Below are positions 1 to 11,644 of a stretch of DNA of 29,671 bases, piece after piece; position 1 is the first letter of the stretch, and every line of letters begins with the position of its first letter. This DNA is from Azolla caroliniana (lineage: Eukaryota > Plantae > Polypodiophyta). The notes under the pieces are model-generated. The model worked only from the letters and a program-made list of their open reading frames with translations, was not told where the DNA came from and did no database searches. The stretch lies in contig JBHGNT010000385.1 in assembly GCA_043228905.1 (NCBI GenBank), forward strand, positions 1 through 29,671, given 5' to 3'. The translations under genes and the position numbers were made by a program.

Positions 1-2021
1 AAATGACAAGAGAGCAAAGCTAGATCCAAAGTCCATGCCATGCATATTCCTTGGATATGGTGATGATGAGTTCGGTTACCGAGTGTGGGATCTGGTCGAC
101 AAGAAGGTATTCTGGAGTCGTGATATTATCTTCATGGAGGATAAGACCATTGTCGACTAGGAGTCAGAGAAAAAGATAATGAATTCCAGGTCGCCAGGCA
201 AAGATCAGTTGAAGAAGCTGAGGATCCTTCCGACCGGAAGCCGGATGACACTCGAAGAACCGGATGGATTCGGAGTAGAAACCGAACCGACCGAAGAAGA
301 AGAAGACACTGGAACCGTACAAGATCTTGAATTGGAGGAGGATGAGGAACAAACGGAGGAACCGGTAGTCAAAAAGCAAGGACGGAGATACCCTCTCAGA
401 GAGAGAAGAGCCCCTCGGAGATTTCCAGATGCAGAGCACGTATTGTGAACTATGAGGAGTAGACGAAAAGCTTCGAAGAAGCAATGAAAGACACCCACAG
501 TCGCAAGTGGTTGAGTGCCATGCCGAACGAGATGGATTCCCTACATGAGAACCACACATACGAATTGATGGAGTTGTCGAAAGGAAAGAGGGCACTCCGG
601 CACAAGTGGGTGTACAAGCTAAAACAGGAAATCCACCAAGCTACAAAGCCCGGATTGTGGTGAAGGGGTTCCACCAGAAGAAAGGAGTGGATTTCGACGA
701 GATCTTTCCCCTAGTAGTTAAGATGACTTCCATCTAGATGGTGTTGAGCATAGCGGCAAGCATGAACCTCGAGGTAGAGCAACTAGATGTCAAAACGGTA
801 TTCCTCCATGGTGACCTCGAAGAAGAAATCTACATGCAGCAACCGGAAGGATTTGTGGAGAGAGGGAAGGAGCACCTGGTTTATCGGTTGAAGAAGAGCC
901 TATCCGGCTTGAAGCAAGCTCCCCGACAATGGTACTGGAAGTTTGACTCCTTCATGATGGATCAAGGGTACCACAAAATGCAAGCCTGTCACTGCATGTT
1001 TGTGAAGAAATTCGACGAAGAAGATTTCGTGATACTCCTTCTTCACGTGGATGACATGTTGATCGTCAGACCGAACCGAACCAAAATCGGGATGCTGAAG
1101 AAGGCCTTGAACCGGACCTTCTCCATGAAAGATTTGGGTGCGGCAAGACAAATCTTAGGGATGCACATCATCTGGGACCAGAAGAAGAAGCTATTGTGGT
1201 TATCACAAGAAAAGTACGTGACAAAAGTGCTTCAAAGGTTCAACATGTTGGAAGCGAAACCGGTCGGATCGACACTTCCGGCAAATTGCAAGTTTTCCAG
1301 AAACCAGAGCCCAAAGACAAAGGTAGAGAAGTCAAATATGACGAAGATACCATATGCCTCTATTGTCGGAAGCTTAATGTACGCAATGGTGTGCACCTGG
1401 CCGGATATTGTATATGTTGTCGGAGTAGTCAGCCAGTTCATGAGCAATCCGGGAAGAGAGCACTGGAACGCGGTCAAGTGGATACTCCAATATCTGAAAG
1501 GAACCTCGAGTATGTGTCTCCAGTTTGGCTCCGGTAAACCCCAACTTGACGAATTCACAGATTCAGATATGTCGGTTGATGCGGATACCAACCAGTCTAC
1601 ATCCGGATATGTCATGACTTATGCAGGGGGAGCCGTATTGTGGCAGTCGGGGCTGCAGAAGTCTATGGCACTATCGACAATGGAAGTGGGGTACATGGCA
1701 ATTGTGGAAGCAGGCAAGGAGATAATCTGGATGAAGGACTTCATCAGAGAGCTAGGGATCCGGCAGGAGGAATTCCGGCTCATCTACAATAGTCAAAGTG
1801 TCATCCACCTTGCGAAGAATGTGACCTACCATTCCCGGACGAAGTACATCCAGCAGAGGTATCATTGGATCCGAGAGAGAGTAGAAGATCAAGACTTCGT
1901 GCTGATGAAGATTCACACCAAGGAGACTGGATCAGATATGCTGACCAAGGTGTTGTAAGCTAACAAACTGGACATGTGCCGGAAACGGATCGGATTAACG
2001 AGAAATCCCATGCCAGAGTGA
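1..2021 (+). pseudogene. pol: Degenerate copia pol (integrase C-term, RT, RNase H)
   Basis: ORF 738-1958 contains QLDVKTVFLHG, LKKSLSGLKQAPRQW, LLLHVDDML and FTDSD. Stops and frameshifts lie upstream; the natural stop is TGA 2019-2021. Confidence 0.93.
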
Positions 2022-2031
2022 AGGGGGAGTT

Positions 2032-2591
2032 TGTTAGGAATTCGGTCCCTCCGGATGGGATCTGGACGAGAACCGGAGGAGCCGGTTGAAGGAACTAGAT
2101 CCGGAAAGGTTCCGGATGAAACCCGAAAACCGGATCGAGTGAATCTGGATGGATCCGATGCAAACCGGATCAAAGGACATATGTGTAAATATGTTTCATA
2201 GTGAGCCCATCGAGGCTATATTTGTAAATAGCCCAAATTTCATATATAAGTATAAATATGACTTAGGGCAATCACTTTAAGAGTGATGTGATTCTTGTGA
2301 GTGGCCGTAGAGTTGTAGTATACAGAGAGTGAGTGAGAGTGAGAGAGATACAGAACTAGTTTTCTGTTTGTAACTGCCATTGGCGAAGACATAGAGCTCG
2401 GGGTCGTTGCCTCTGAGTCTCACTTTGTATTCCTCCTCTCATAATGATAGTTGGAGTCCGTGGGCTCCCGTGGTTTTTCCCGTTTAGGGTTTTCCACGTA
2501 AACATCCTGTGTCATCTTAGTTTTAGTTTGTTCTCTTCTATTCCTTGTTGAAGACTTGGTTGTTGCCGAGCGTTATTTTCGTACAGAAACA
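2032..2591 (+). repeat. 3' LTR of first copia element
   Basis: Starts TGTTAGG 2 nt after the PPT and ends GAAACA. Shares its start and the CCGTGGTTTTT motif with the LTRs of copia A and B. Confidence 0.85.
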
Positions 2592-2598
2592 TAAACCA

Positions 2599-3644
2599 TT
2601 ACCATGATATAGTAATGTTTGTAATTGTACTTTCCATGCAAGCGGGGTGCTCAACTACATCTGGACACAGAGTGTCTAAACGTTTTTCTTTTAGACCATT
2701 AATCAAACATGTTAGGTTCTCTGAATGTAGCTTTAAGGTTGATAATTGCTTATCAATTTCATAACAAGAAGACCGCCATGTCTTTATATCTTTCTTCTAT
2801 GCTTCCAGATGAGTACCCATAGTTGTGAGCTCCTTCTTCAACTCCTCTTTTAACACATCGCTTTCAGAATTTTGGATTGTTGATGCAATCCATTCGTATG
2901 TATTCGACATAGATGTGAATTGTTTCTCTGCTGCCATCTCACCAGATGAAACTTCTTCCAAATCGGCCAACAGTGCTTGCATTTTTGTTTGCATGGAAGC
3001 TATACAACACAATAATCGTTCTTCATGTTTTTTTGTCAGTGTCACTTTCTGTTTTACAATTTGTTGAGTCAACACAGATGTCTGAGTTGGGATTTCAATA
3101 TGAGAGGTACCCTCAGACTTCATTGTAGTGTTGGTACTTAAGGACCCTCTATAATGTGATGATCGATGATGAGCAAAATCTTCCCAATCAACTTCAATGC
3201 CACCATGGAGTTCACATGAAAATGCACGTGCAAAGACAAATCCTACCTCATTGTTTAGGATATGTTTCATATCATAAACTTGTTCATATCGTGACTTTAG
3301 TTCAGTGATATAATCCTTCTTCAATTGAGTGAGGTGGAAACTCTCCTTATCTCGGGTTGTGATGAGCCCCAAGTTTTCATCATCCACATGTCTACGTCTT
3401 CATAAGTGTCAAGTCGTGTAGGAAGGAAATAACCTCATCCTAATTTTGTACCTCGAAGGATGTTTGAGTGAATCTTCTTGCCCCGAGTTGTTGAAAACTT
3501 TGACCTCCCTCTAGTGGGGGTCATCTTACTTTCTTTGATGGGGGTCCTTTTTTTTTCTTTGCATGGTGTGTTGACATTTTCTTTGACCATTTTCTTCTTC
3601 GTGGGTGTCTTCCTTGTCATTAGAATCTTGTCTCTCTTCTTCAC
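2599..3644 (-). pseudogene. Decayed gene of unknown function (basic Lys/TP-rich part plus probable coiled coil)
   Basis: ORFs 3435-3644 and 2797-3387 are separated by a stop and a frameshift. The frame stays open past TAG 2797 to TAA 2599-2601. Confidence 0.5.
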
Positions 3645-3900
3645 CTCACATGCACAACAATGGTAAATAATAGTAAATCATGCACAACAATAGTAAACAA
3701 TATTAAATAATATACAATTCAAGGAGATGTTGGATATGAAACATAATGTTAACTCCCAATACACAACATATATACATGCATCATAATAGTTCTAAATCAG
3801 GTAGGAAAACAAGAATAATAAGGATGACAAGAACAAGTACAAGATCAAGATCATTTAACAAGAACCCTCTTTCAATATATCAACATGTACAAAATTCAAG

Positions 3901-4328
3901 AACCCTAAATGACAATAACACATAGAACCAAACATACAATAGAACATGTACCAAATGTCATTAAGGTTGGGGTTGTACAAAATTCAAGCACCTATAGAAA
4001 ATGACATAAGCATGTTGACCGACTCTCAAATTCAAGCATATGCATGTACAAAACTCTGAAATGATCAAGGGAGAACAACAACAACAAAACCCTAAATGAT
4101 AATAACATATAGAATCAAATATACAGATAAACATGTCCCAAACATCGTTATGGTTGCAGATTTACAAAATTCAAGCACCTATAGAAAATGACATAAGCAT
4201 GTACAAGACTCTCAAATTCAGGCATATGCATTTACAAAGCACTCAAATGATCAAGGGATAACAACAACAACAACCAAACCCTAAATGATAAAAACAGATA
4301 GAATCAAACATACAATAGAACATGTACC
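3901..4328. repeat. Tandem repeat, ~188-bp unit, ~2.3 copies
   Basis: AACCCTAAATGA recurs at 3901, 4088 and 4277 with alignable downstream sequence. Confidence 0.9.
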
Positions 4329-4329
4329 A

Positions 4330-4450
4330 GGTAGAGGGAACACACCAAGTAGAGGGAACTAGGTACTAGAGGGAACACACCAGGTAGAGGGAACACTTGG
4401 AGGTAGAGGGAACACGACCAGTAGAGCAGAGACCGATGCGAAGGGAACAC
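4330..4450. repeat. Minisatellite, 17-19-bp unit, core TAGAGGGAAC
   Basis: Core at 4332, 4350, 4367, 4385 and 4404, with a degenerate copy near 4441. Confidence 0.9.
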
Positions 4451-7188
4451 GGTGAGAAAACCACACTTCTGAGAACGTGAACGAGTAGAAGGGGGAAGGA
4501 AAGAGTGATAGAGAGAGGAGGTACGAACCTAGGGAATCACCGAGTGTAGAGAGAGAGAGACTAATTGATAGTTCGAGATAAACCTTCGAGCCAAGAGAGA
4601 TAGAGAGACAAAGTGGAAGAGACACTGACTAACTATCTTCATGATTGACTAACTACTAGAGATCTTATATAGTTAAGACCTCCGTACAACATTACCTAGG
4701 ATTTTACACAAGTGATGTTTTTTCATATTTGAAATCTATTTTCATTGAATGTGACTTTTAATTTTCACACAAGTGATCAACTTTTTAAACCCAAATATTG
4801 GATTTACTTTTACTTTTTTAAGTTTTTCCTCCACATGGAATCTAAAGTTTTGGCCAAAAGTTGGTACACTGTAGCATGCTCTGACCCTCTACCAATGCAC
4901 CATCTCCTTTTCATCAAATTTCAGCCATCACATTGCAACAATTGCGCTAAGCTGGAGGCAAGGAGGACCTTTTCTTATTTGCAGTATCAATGACACCTTC
5001 TAGTGACACTCAAGGGAATTTAGACATCCAAATTCCCATAAAATATCAAGACTATGTTGATGTTTTTGACAAAGTCAAAGCTAGTGTTCTTCCAAAGCAT
5101 CGGTCGTACGACTAGCCTATTGATCTCCAACTAGGAAAAGAGCCACCGTGGGGTTCGATTTACAATTTATCATCCACTGAGCTTGAGGTTCTTCGAGAAT
5201 ACATCGAGGAAAATTTTGCACATTGGTTTATTCGACATTCAAAGTCTCCAACTGGTGCTCCTATCTTTTTTGTGAAGAAAAAGGATGGCAACTCCCTTCG
5301 TTTGGTTGTGGACTATCAAGGCTTAAATAAAGTCACCATAAGGAATAGGTATGCTCTACAGTTAATCTCCAGTCTCTTAGAATGCATTGGTGGGGCAAAG
5401 TATTTTATCAAAATTGATCTAAGGGGTGCATATAATCTTGTTCGAATTCAACCGGGAGATGAGTGGAAAACTGCATTTCGTACTCGGTATGGTCATTTTG
5501 TGTATACAGTCATGCCTTTCGAGCTCACAAATGCACCCGCAGTATTTCAACATATGGCAAATGACATTTTCCGGGATTTCTTGGATATCTTTCTCATCAT
5601 CTACCTAGATGATCTGTTGATTTACTCTAAAACACAAGAGCATGATATACATGTGCGGAAAGTACTTGAACGCCTAAGAAAGTATGGTCTTTATGCCAAA
5701 ACTTGAGAAATGCAGTTTTGATTGCAAACAAATCGAATTTTTGGGATACACTATTTCATCCAAGGGTATTTTCATAGATCCGGAAAAAGTCCAAACAATA
5801 TTGGAATGGAAACCCCCATGCTCAGTTTAGGACGTCTGGTGTTTCCTCAGATTTGCGAAATTCTATCACAAATTCATACGTAATTATTCAAGCATTGTGT
5901 TGCCCCTCACCCAACTCACCAAGAAAAATCAAGCATTTTTTTGGAGTATCGAAGCAGACAAGGTTTTTACTTTGCTGAAAGAGGCTTTCACATCAACACT
6001 TACCCTAGCGCATATTGATCCCGAAAAGCCATTTACTATTGAGGCGGATGTGTCAGACTTCGGATTGGGGTGTATCCTATCGCAACCAGCCAAGGACAGG
6101 TAGGCTCATCTAGTCGTGTTTCACTCGAGAAAATTTACCGTTTCGGAGATAAACTATGAGGTGCATGACAAGGAGTTACTAGCTGTGGTTGACTCATTCG
6201 AGCAATGGCGTCATTTTCTAGAAGGATCGTCTCATCAGATTCTCATTTATAGTGATCACAAAAATCTCACATATTTTCAAACAGCGTGAGTATTAAGTAG
6301 ACGACAAGTTCGGTGGGCCCAATTTCTAACGTGTTTCGATTTCAAGATCATTTTTCGCCCTTGAAAACAACAAGGGAAAGTAGATGCTTTGTCTCAGCGT
6401 TCATATCTAGCTCTTCGACTTGGATATGCGGCCTTTGACTATCAAAATCAGATTCTCCTTGGGCCATCAAAGTTACAGGCAACAGCAATTTATGCCACGC
6501 CACTTGATTCTAGCCTTCTTGACACTATTCGGCAACAAGTTCACTCTGATGATTTCGCTAAGGATGTCTTATCCCACATTGGTTCAAGTCGTCCATCGTG
6601 CTCCACATTGCAAGGGTCATCTCAACATTATCAGGACTTCAAGTGGCAAGATAGCTTACTCTTCTACAACAATCTCCTTTACGTCCCTAACGAATCACCC
6701 TGACTTCAAGTGTTAGAACATTGTCATGATGCCCCCCTGGCTGGACATTTTGGTATTGCCAAGACCATTGAGTTGGTGAAACATTCATTTTGGTGGCCTC
6801 ACTTGCAAAAATTTGTCGAAGATTACGTTCGCACATGTGACACCTGCTATCGTGCCAAAATACCTAGGCATCATCCTTATGGCTTACTACAACCATTACC
6901 ACCTCCCAGCAAGCCATGGCAGTCTATTTCTATGGATTTCAATCTGCTACCTTCCAAAGGCTTTGATAGTATTTTAACAGTAGTGGATCAGTTCACAAAG
7001 ATGACACATTTTGTATCATGTGTAAAGACCATTAGTAATGAAGAAACTACAAATCTCATTATGCGTGAGGTGTTTCGCCATCATGGTCTCCCAATGATAT
7101 TATTAGCGATCGAGCTCCTCAATTTATCTCACACTTTTGGAAGCACCTATGGGCAAGTCTCAAAATCTCCTACAAACTCTCTTCGGCT

Positions 7189-7783
7189 AAAAAACGGATT
7201 GATATTCTGGAGCGCTAACAATGGCCATAGTATGAGATAAAAGAGGAATAAGAGATTAGTATGAAGGGAGGGAGAAGTAAGAAGATAAAGGAAGAGAAGG
7301 AAGGAGACCAAAATCGGTTCAAACTACCAGGAGCAGTACTAAGATAGAGAAGTATTGTCAAGAACAGTATTGAGACAGAGAAGGAATTTGCATTAAAAGA
7401 CGAGGACTAGTACTAAGGGAGGTGTAGAACTCTCGAGAGAAGGAAAGAGTGAGTGAGTGAGAAAGAGAGAGAGAGAGAGAGAGAATGATGATGACAAAAT
7501 ATATATATTATGTTAAGAGAATATACAATAGTAGCTAGGAGGCTTAAGATTGGCGCGATTTGGTTCGAAATAATGCCTTGTGCCTCTTTTTATAGTGTTC
7601 TCAGGAGTACTCCTGAAGTTTCTAAAATGTTCCAGAGAAATCTAGAATATACATCAATTTTTTATAGTAAAACTTAAATGAAAATAATATCCTTTATATT
7701 ACAACATATAGTCTAATGGTCAAGAGGCGACCCAGACCCATGTACCATAAGGTTATGGGTTCGAGTCTTGCCATATCATGACA
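7189..7783 (-). mobile_element. Truncated family-D gypsy element: 5' LTR (7325-7783), leader and first gag codons, inverted within G1 integrase
   Basis: Reverse complement aligns with 24449-25020, with the gag ATG at 7228. It splits the integrase motif KLSSA|YHPQT. Confidence 0.88.
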
Positions 7784-8293
7784 CTTATCATCCACAAACT
7801 AACGTACCAATAGAGCGCACAAATCAAAAGCTCGAATTGTATCTTCGATGCTTCATCAGTTATCAACAAGATGATTGGAGTAATATTTTACATCATGTCG
7901 AGTTTGCATACAACAACACGGTATACTCTTCTACCAAAGTTACAGCTTTCTTTACCTACACTGGCAACCACCCTCGATGGTGTATCTTGGATCTTCTTGA
8001 GGTGTCACGAAACCCTAGTGCGGAGTATCACCTCCACCGACTACAACAAATCCAATTTGAGTTATCTTCACATCTTCAAAAAGCGCAAGCACACCATAAG
8101 ACCACTTGGCATTGTCTTAGGTTTCCTTTTAAGGTTGGTGACCGAGTATGGTTGCTTTGTCGTCACATCAAGACTACCCGACTGTGTGTTAAGCTCAATT
8201 ATCAACGCTTAGGTCTTTTTGTCATCATAGCGTGGATTAATGATGCAACATTTCGTCTTAACCTTCCTGCACATATGTGGCTTCACCCAGTCT

Positions 8294-8434
8294 TTCATAG
8301 CTCTCTCTTGGAACCTTTCCACACCTCTTTAATTCCTAATTGTGTTGTACCACCACCGCCTTCGTTCATAGCTCTCTTTCAGAACCTTGCCACACCTCTT
8401 TAATTCCTAATTGTGTCGTACCACCACCGCCTTC
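8294..8434 (+). repeat. 71-bp tandem duplication in G1 integrase C-terminus
   Basis: TTCATAGCTCTCT...CCACCACCGCCTTC occurs at 8294 and 8365. Confidence 0.92.
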
Positions 8435-8680
8435 TGTCAAACTGGTTGATGGCCCCGAATACAAGGTAGTTGTTATTCTCGATTCTAAGATTGTGCACAA
8501 TAAACTTTATTATCTAGGTGATTGGCTTGGCTATCCTTCGAGTGATCTCACTTGGGAACCTGTCGATAACATTTGTAATGCTCAAGCTCTTATCGACGAC
8601 TTCCATCGCCACTATCCAAACAAAGCCGGCCCTACAATGTGAACGCCGACTTCCACTCGGCGTTCTCGGAGGAGGGATAG

Positions 8681-9095
8681 TGTCATGAACAAATTGACCA
8701 TTATGGTGTCACCCGGACTTGAACCTCAAACCGTCTAATCCATAATTGAAAACCTCAACCATTAAGATAGCTTATTGTCATATGAGAGGATAAAAGCTAC
8801 TTTTTGTATTACATTGATTATTGTAAAAACTCTAGATCATTCTAGGTTGTTCTAGAATGTCCTAGAACATTAAAGAACATTATAGAAATCTCAAAGTTAT
8901 TCTATAGGAACCTATAAATAAGGGCATACATGTATTCTCAAATCAATTCGAATCAACACCAGTATTTAGCTCTCATTACATATCTTGTATCCATTCTCTT
9001 TCTTTCTCTATCTTAATACACCCATTCGTTCATTTCTTCTCGTGTTCTCTTATATCCCTCTTCCATCACTTTATCTTTTATTCTTGGTTCTAACA
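8681..9095 (+). repeat. 3' LTR of G1 (right end tentative)
   Basis: TGTCATGA directly follows the PPT, TATAAATA is at 8913, and the candidate end TCTAACA at 9095 abuts an unrelated tandem repeat. Confidence 0.7.
8715..8769 (-). promoter_or_regulatory. tRNA-like Pol III A-box/B-box module in G1 LTR
   Basis: Minus strand: TATCTTAATGG (8769-8759) and GGTTCAAGTCC (8725-8715), starts 44 nt apart. Confidence 0.6.
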
Positions 9096-9240
9096 CCATC
9101 ATTTGGCCGATTCTATGGGATATTGTGGCCTTGACGAGGTGTATATCGCTTACCTATGCCACTCTACCCTCTATTGAGCCATCACTTGGCCGATTCTATA
9201 GGATGTGGTGGTCTTGAGGAGGTACATGTCAACTACCCTA
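9096..9240. repeat. 83-bp-period tandem repeat, ~1.7 copies
   Basis: CCATCA(T/C)TTGGCCGATTCTAT occurs at 9096 and 9179. Confidence 0.8.
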
Positions 9241-9705
9241 GAGTTTCTTACTTTATGGCATGTTTAATGTTTCATACACCTAATTGATTATTATTCTACT
9301 TATTTATTAATTACACAAGTTATCTTCCCTCTTTCTTATTAAGATTTTCTTGTGATTTTCATCTACCCACTCACACTTCACTCTCTCTTTTTTACCATTA
9401 CTTTTCACGTTTAAAGTATTTACGTGTGTTTACCGATGATGTAACGCTTCCATGTAAACTATTTTTTCGTGAGTGGGCATCATGCCCCTTTTTGAACCAT
9501 TTCTCCAATGAGTCATCTAGGTTTAACTTATGTTATCGAGCCTTAGAACTCGAGTAAAACCACATGAATTCCCCTATTGATGTTTTACTCATAGAGTTGA
9601 GTACTGCATCTTTGCGCGCAACACCACCACCACTTGTATCAACTTCTGCAAATTACAACCACCAGATAAGGATGGATATGTGCATACCTCGTACCATCCA
9701 TTTAT

Positions 9706-10191
9706 TGTTAGGAAACAGGTCCCTCCGGATGGGAAGTGAGAAGAACCGTGTTGATGAGCAACTTGGAAATCATGGAGATAGCCAACACGGAAGGCTAAAC
9801 TTGTAAATAGTCGAAAGGTTACATTAGTATGTTAGTATTTAGGGCAATCATGTTAGATAAGTGCATTATTGTAAAGTTACTGTTGATGAGGTTGTTGCCT
9901 CTGTAACTGTGAGAGTGAACGAGTGTGAGTGGAAGCGTGGGAGCTCCATAGCCGCCTGTTGGCGAAGCAGGATCTCGAGTGTGTTGCCTCTGAGATCTCT
10001 GATTGTATTCCTTTCTCTCATAGTGTTTTGTTTCGGAGTTTGTGGACTCCACGTGGTTTTTTCCCAGTTCGGGTTTCCACGTTAAAATCTGTGTCATTCT
10101 CAATTTCTGTATTCTGTTTTTCTTTTCCATTAGATTGACTATTATTCCACACACGTACAACCGGTTGTGGCCAGCAACGATCTGAACTTCA
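9706..10191 (+). repeat. 5' LTR of copia A
   Basis: TGTTAGGAAAC...GAACTTCA; aligns with 19726-20195. Confidence 0.95.
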
Positions 10192-10194
10192 AAC

Positions 10195-10206
10195 TGGTAT
10201 CAGAGC
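10195..10206 (+). other. Primer binding site, initiator tRNA-Met (copia A)
   Basis: TGGTATCAGAGC just after the 5' LTR. Confidence 0.95.
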
Positions 10207-10220
10207 GAGCAACACAGAAA

Positions 10221-11644
10221 ATGGAAGGAGGTGGGAGCGGCTTCCCATGTATGATGGTTCTAAATTCACAGAACTATGCAGACTGGAAGATTAAGATGGA
10301 AGACCTTCTCATTGTAAAAGACCTGTACGAGCCAATCGATAGATCAGAAATACCAAAGGGGGTATTGGAGTCGGATTGGAAGCTTCTAAATAGGAAAGAT
10401 GTGGCCACTATCCGACAGTGTGTCAACGTAAGTGTCCTTCAGCACGTGGCAAACGACACGAATGCCCACGAGATGTGGCAGAAGTTGTTGGGTCTTTATG
10501 AGAGGAAGAATGCGCTCAACAAAACCTCATTGATGAGGAAAATAGTAAACCTGAAATACAGAGACGGCGAGAGCATGGTTGAACACGTAAGCACATTCAT
10601 GGGGTATGTAAATCAACTTGCAGCGATCAAGTTCCCCTTGGATAATGTAATGCAAGCAATCATGTTGATGTGTACGTTGCCGGAAAGCTGGGAGAACTTG
10701 GTGGTTACTCTCAGCACCTCCTGCCAATAAGAGAACTTGTCTTTGCAGACGGTGAAGACAAGCATCCTGAACGAGGAGGCGCGTCGGAAGGACAAGGAAC
10801 CGATCCCCAACTCAAAAGCGCTCCTTTCTAAATCGGAACGTGGAAGACAAAGGAACCGGAGTCCCCAGAACCGGGAAAAATCGGGGACACGGTCAAAGTC
10901 AACAGGGAGGCCTACTTGCTTCTACTGCGGGAAGTCGGGGCACTTCCAGAAGAACTATCAACATTTACCGATTCGAAGAATTCATCAGACCGAAACGGTT
11001 CGGATCGGCGAGGGCAGGACCGGAAAGGAACGATGGCAATCATAGCAAACGAAGAGAAGCTAATGCTTATCACTGAGGAGAGTGAGCTGAACCTTGCCAG
11101 CGACGAGATGACCTGGGTGCTCGATTCCGGAGCGTCGTTCCACTTGACCCCAGATAGAAAATGCTTCTTATCCTACTCAACTGGTGACCACGGCCGTGTT
11201 CGAATGGGGAATGAAGGTACATGCCGAATTGTCAGCTTAGGAGATGCGTGGTTGACAACATCAACCGGATGCAAGATGCTGCTAAAGGATGTTCGACATG
11301 TTCCGGAGGTTCGATTGAACCTAATATCAGCCGGTCGGCTAGATGATGAAGGCTACACGGGTAGCATCCGGAACGGTGTTATGAAGTTCAGCAAAGGGAG
11401 CCTGATTGTGGCTCAGGCCCGGAAAGTCAACACTTTGTACCTGATGAATGCCCGGTTATGTCCGGAGGAAGTGAACGTGGCATCTGACACTTTCGGTGAG
11501 TTGTGGCACAAGAGGTTGTGTCACATGAACGAGAAGGGGATGAAGAGGCTTGCAGACGACAACCTCATTCCAGTGAAGAACGTGCACTTGGAGAAGTGCA
11601 CTGATTGTCTGACCGGTAAACAAAACCGGACCTCCTTCCGATCG
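10221..11644 (+). pseudogene. gag-pol: Copia A gag, protease and integrase N-terminus
   Basis: NYADWKIKMEDLL, zinc knuckle CFYCGKSGH, WVLDSGASFH and LWHKRLCHM..CTDC. Stop at 10728-10730 and a frameshift near 10970. Confidence 0.93.

Larger units (their letters stand above)
1..2591 (+). mobile_element. Ty1/copia LTR retrotransposon (Tnt1-like), 3' part; 5' part outside window
   Basis: Integrase C-terminus, RT and RNase H occur in copia order, followed by PPT GAAGGGGGAG (2020-2029) and a TGTT...AACA LTR. Confidence 0.95.
2592..4887 (-). mobile_element. Probable DNA transposon segment (one end visible), inserted in G1 pol
   Basis: Right end reads GGGTCAGAGCATGC on the minus strand, resembling the TIR GGGTGAAAGCATG of the element at 26505-26799. 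G1 pol homology begins abruptly at ~4889. Confidence 0.55.
4889..8642 (+). pseudogene. pol: Degenerate gypsy pol with C-terminal chromodomain
   Basis: Motifs KIDLRGAYNL, YLDDLLIYS, EADVSDFG, integrase HHCC (HCHD..AGHFG..CDTC), YHPQT and chromodomain YKVVVILDSK..W.GY...TWEP (~8460-8630). Many stops and frameshifts. Confidence 0.93.
4889..9095 (+). mobile_element. Ty3/gypsy chromovirus G1 (Tcn1/Sushi-like), 3' part
   Basis: RT-RNase H-integrase-chromodomain order, PPT GGAGGAGGGATAG (8668-8680) and an LTR starting TGTCATGA. Confidence 0.9.

Noticed and set aside
4087-4284. Telomeric array
   Set aside because: Only isolated AAACCCTAA motifs occur, not tandem telomere repeats.
4330-4450. CRISPR or iteron array
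   Set aside because: The core is 10 bp with only 7-9 bp between copies, in a eukaryotic transposon context.
9635-9650. PBS and 5' LTR end for element C (CTTGTATCAAC)
   Set aside because: It only weakly resembles TGGTATCAGA and there is no second LTR to confirm it, so 9241-9664 is left unassigned.
9861-10160. Short ORFs in the copia A LTR, repeated at 19865-20209
   Set aside because: The recurrence reflects LTR duplication, and there is no coding signature.
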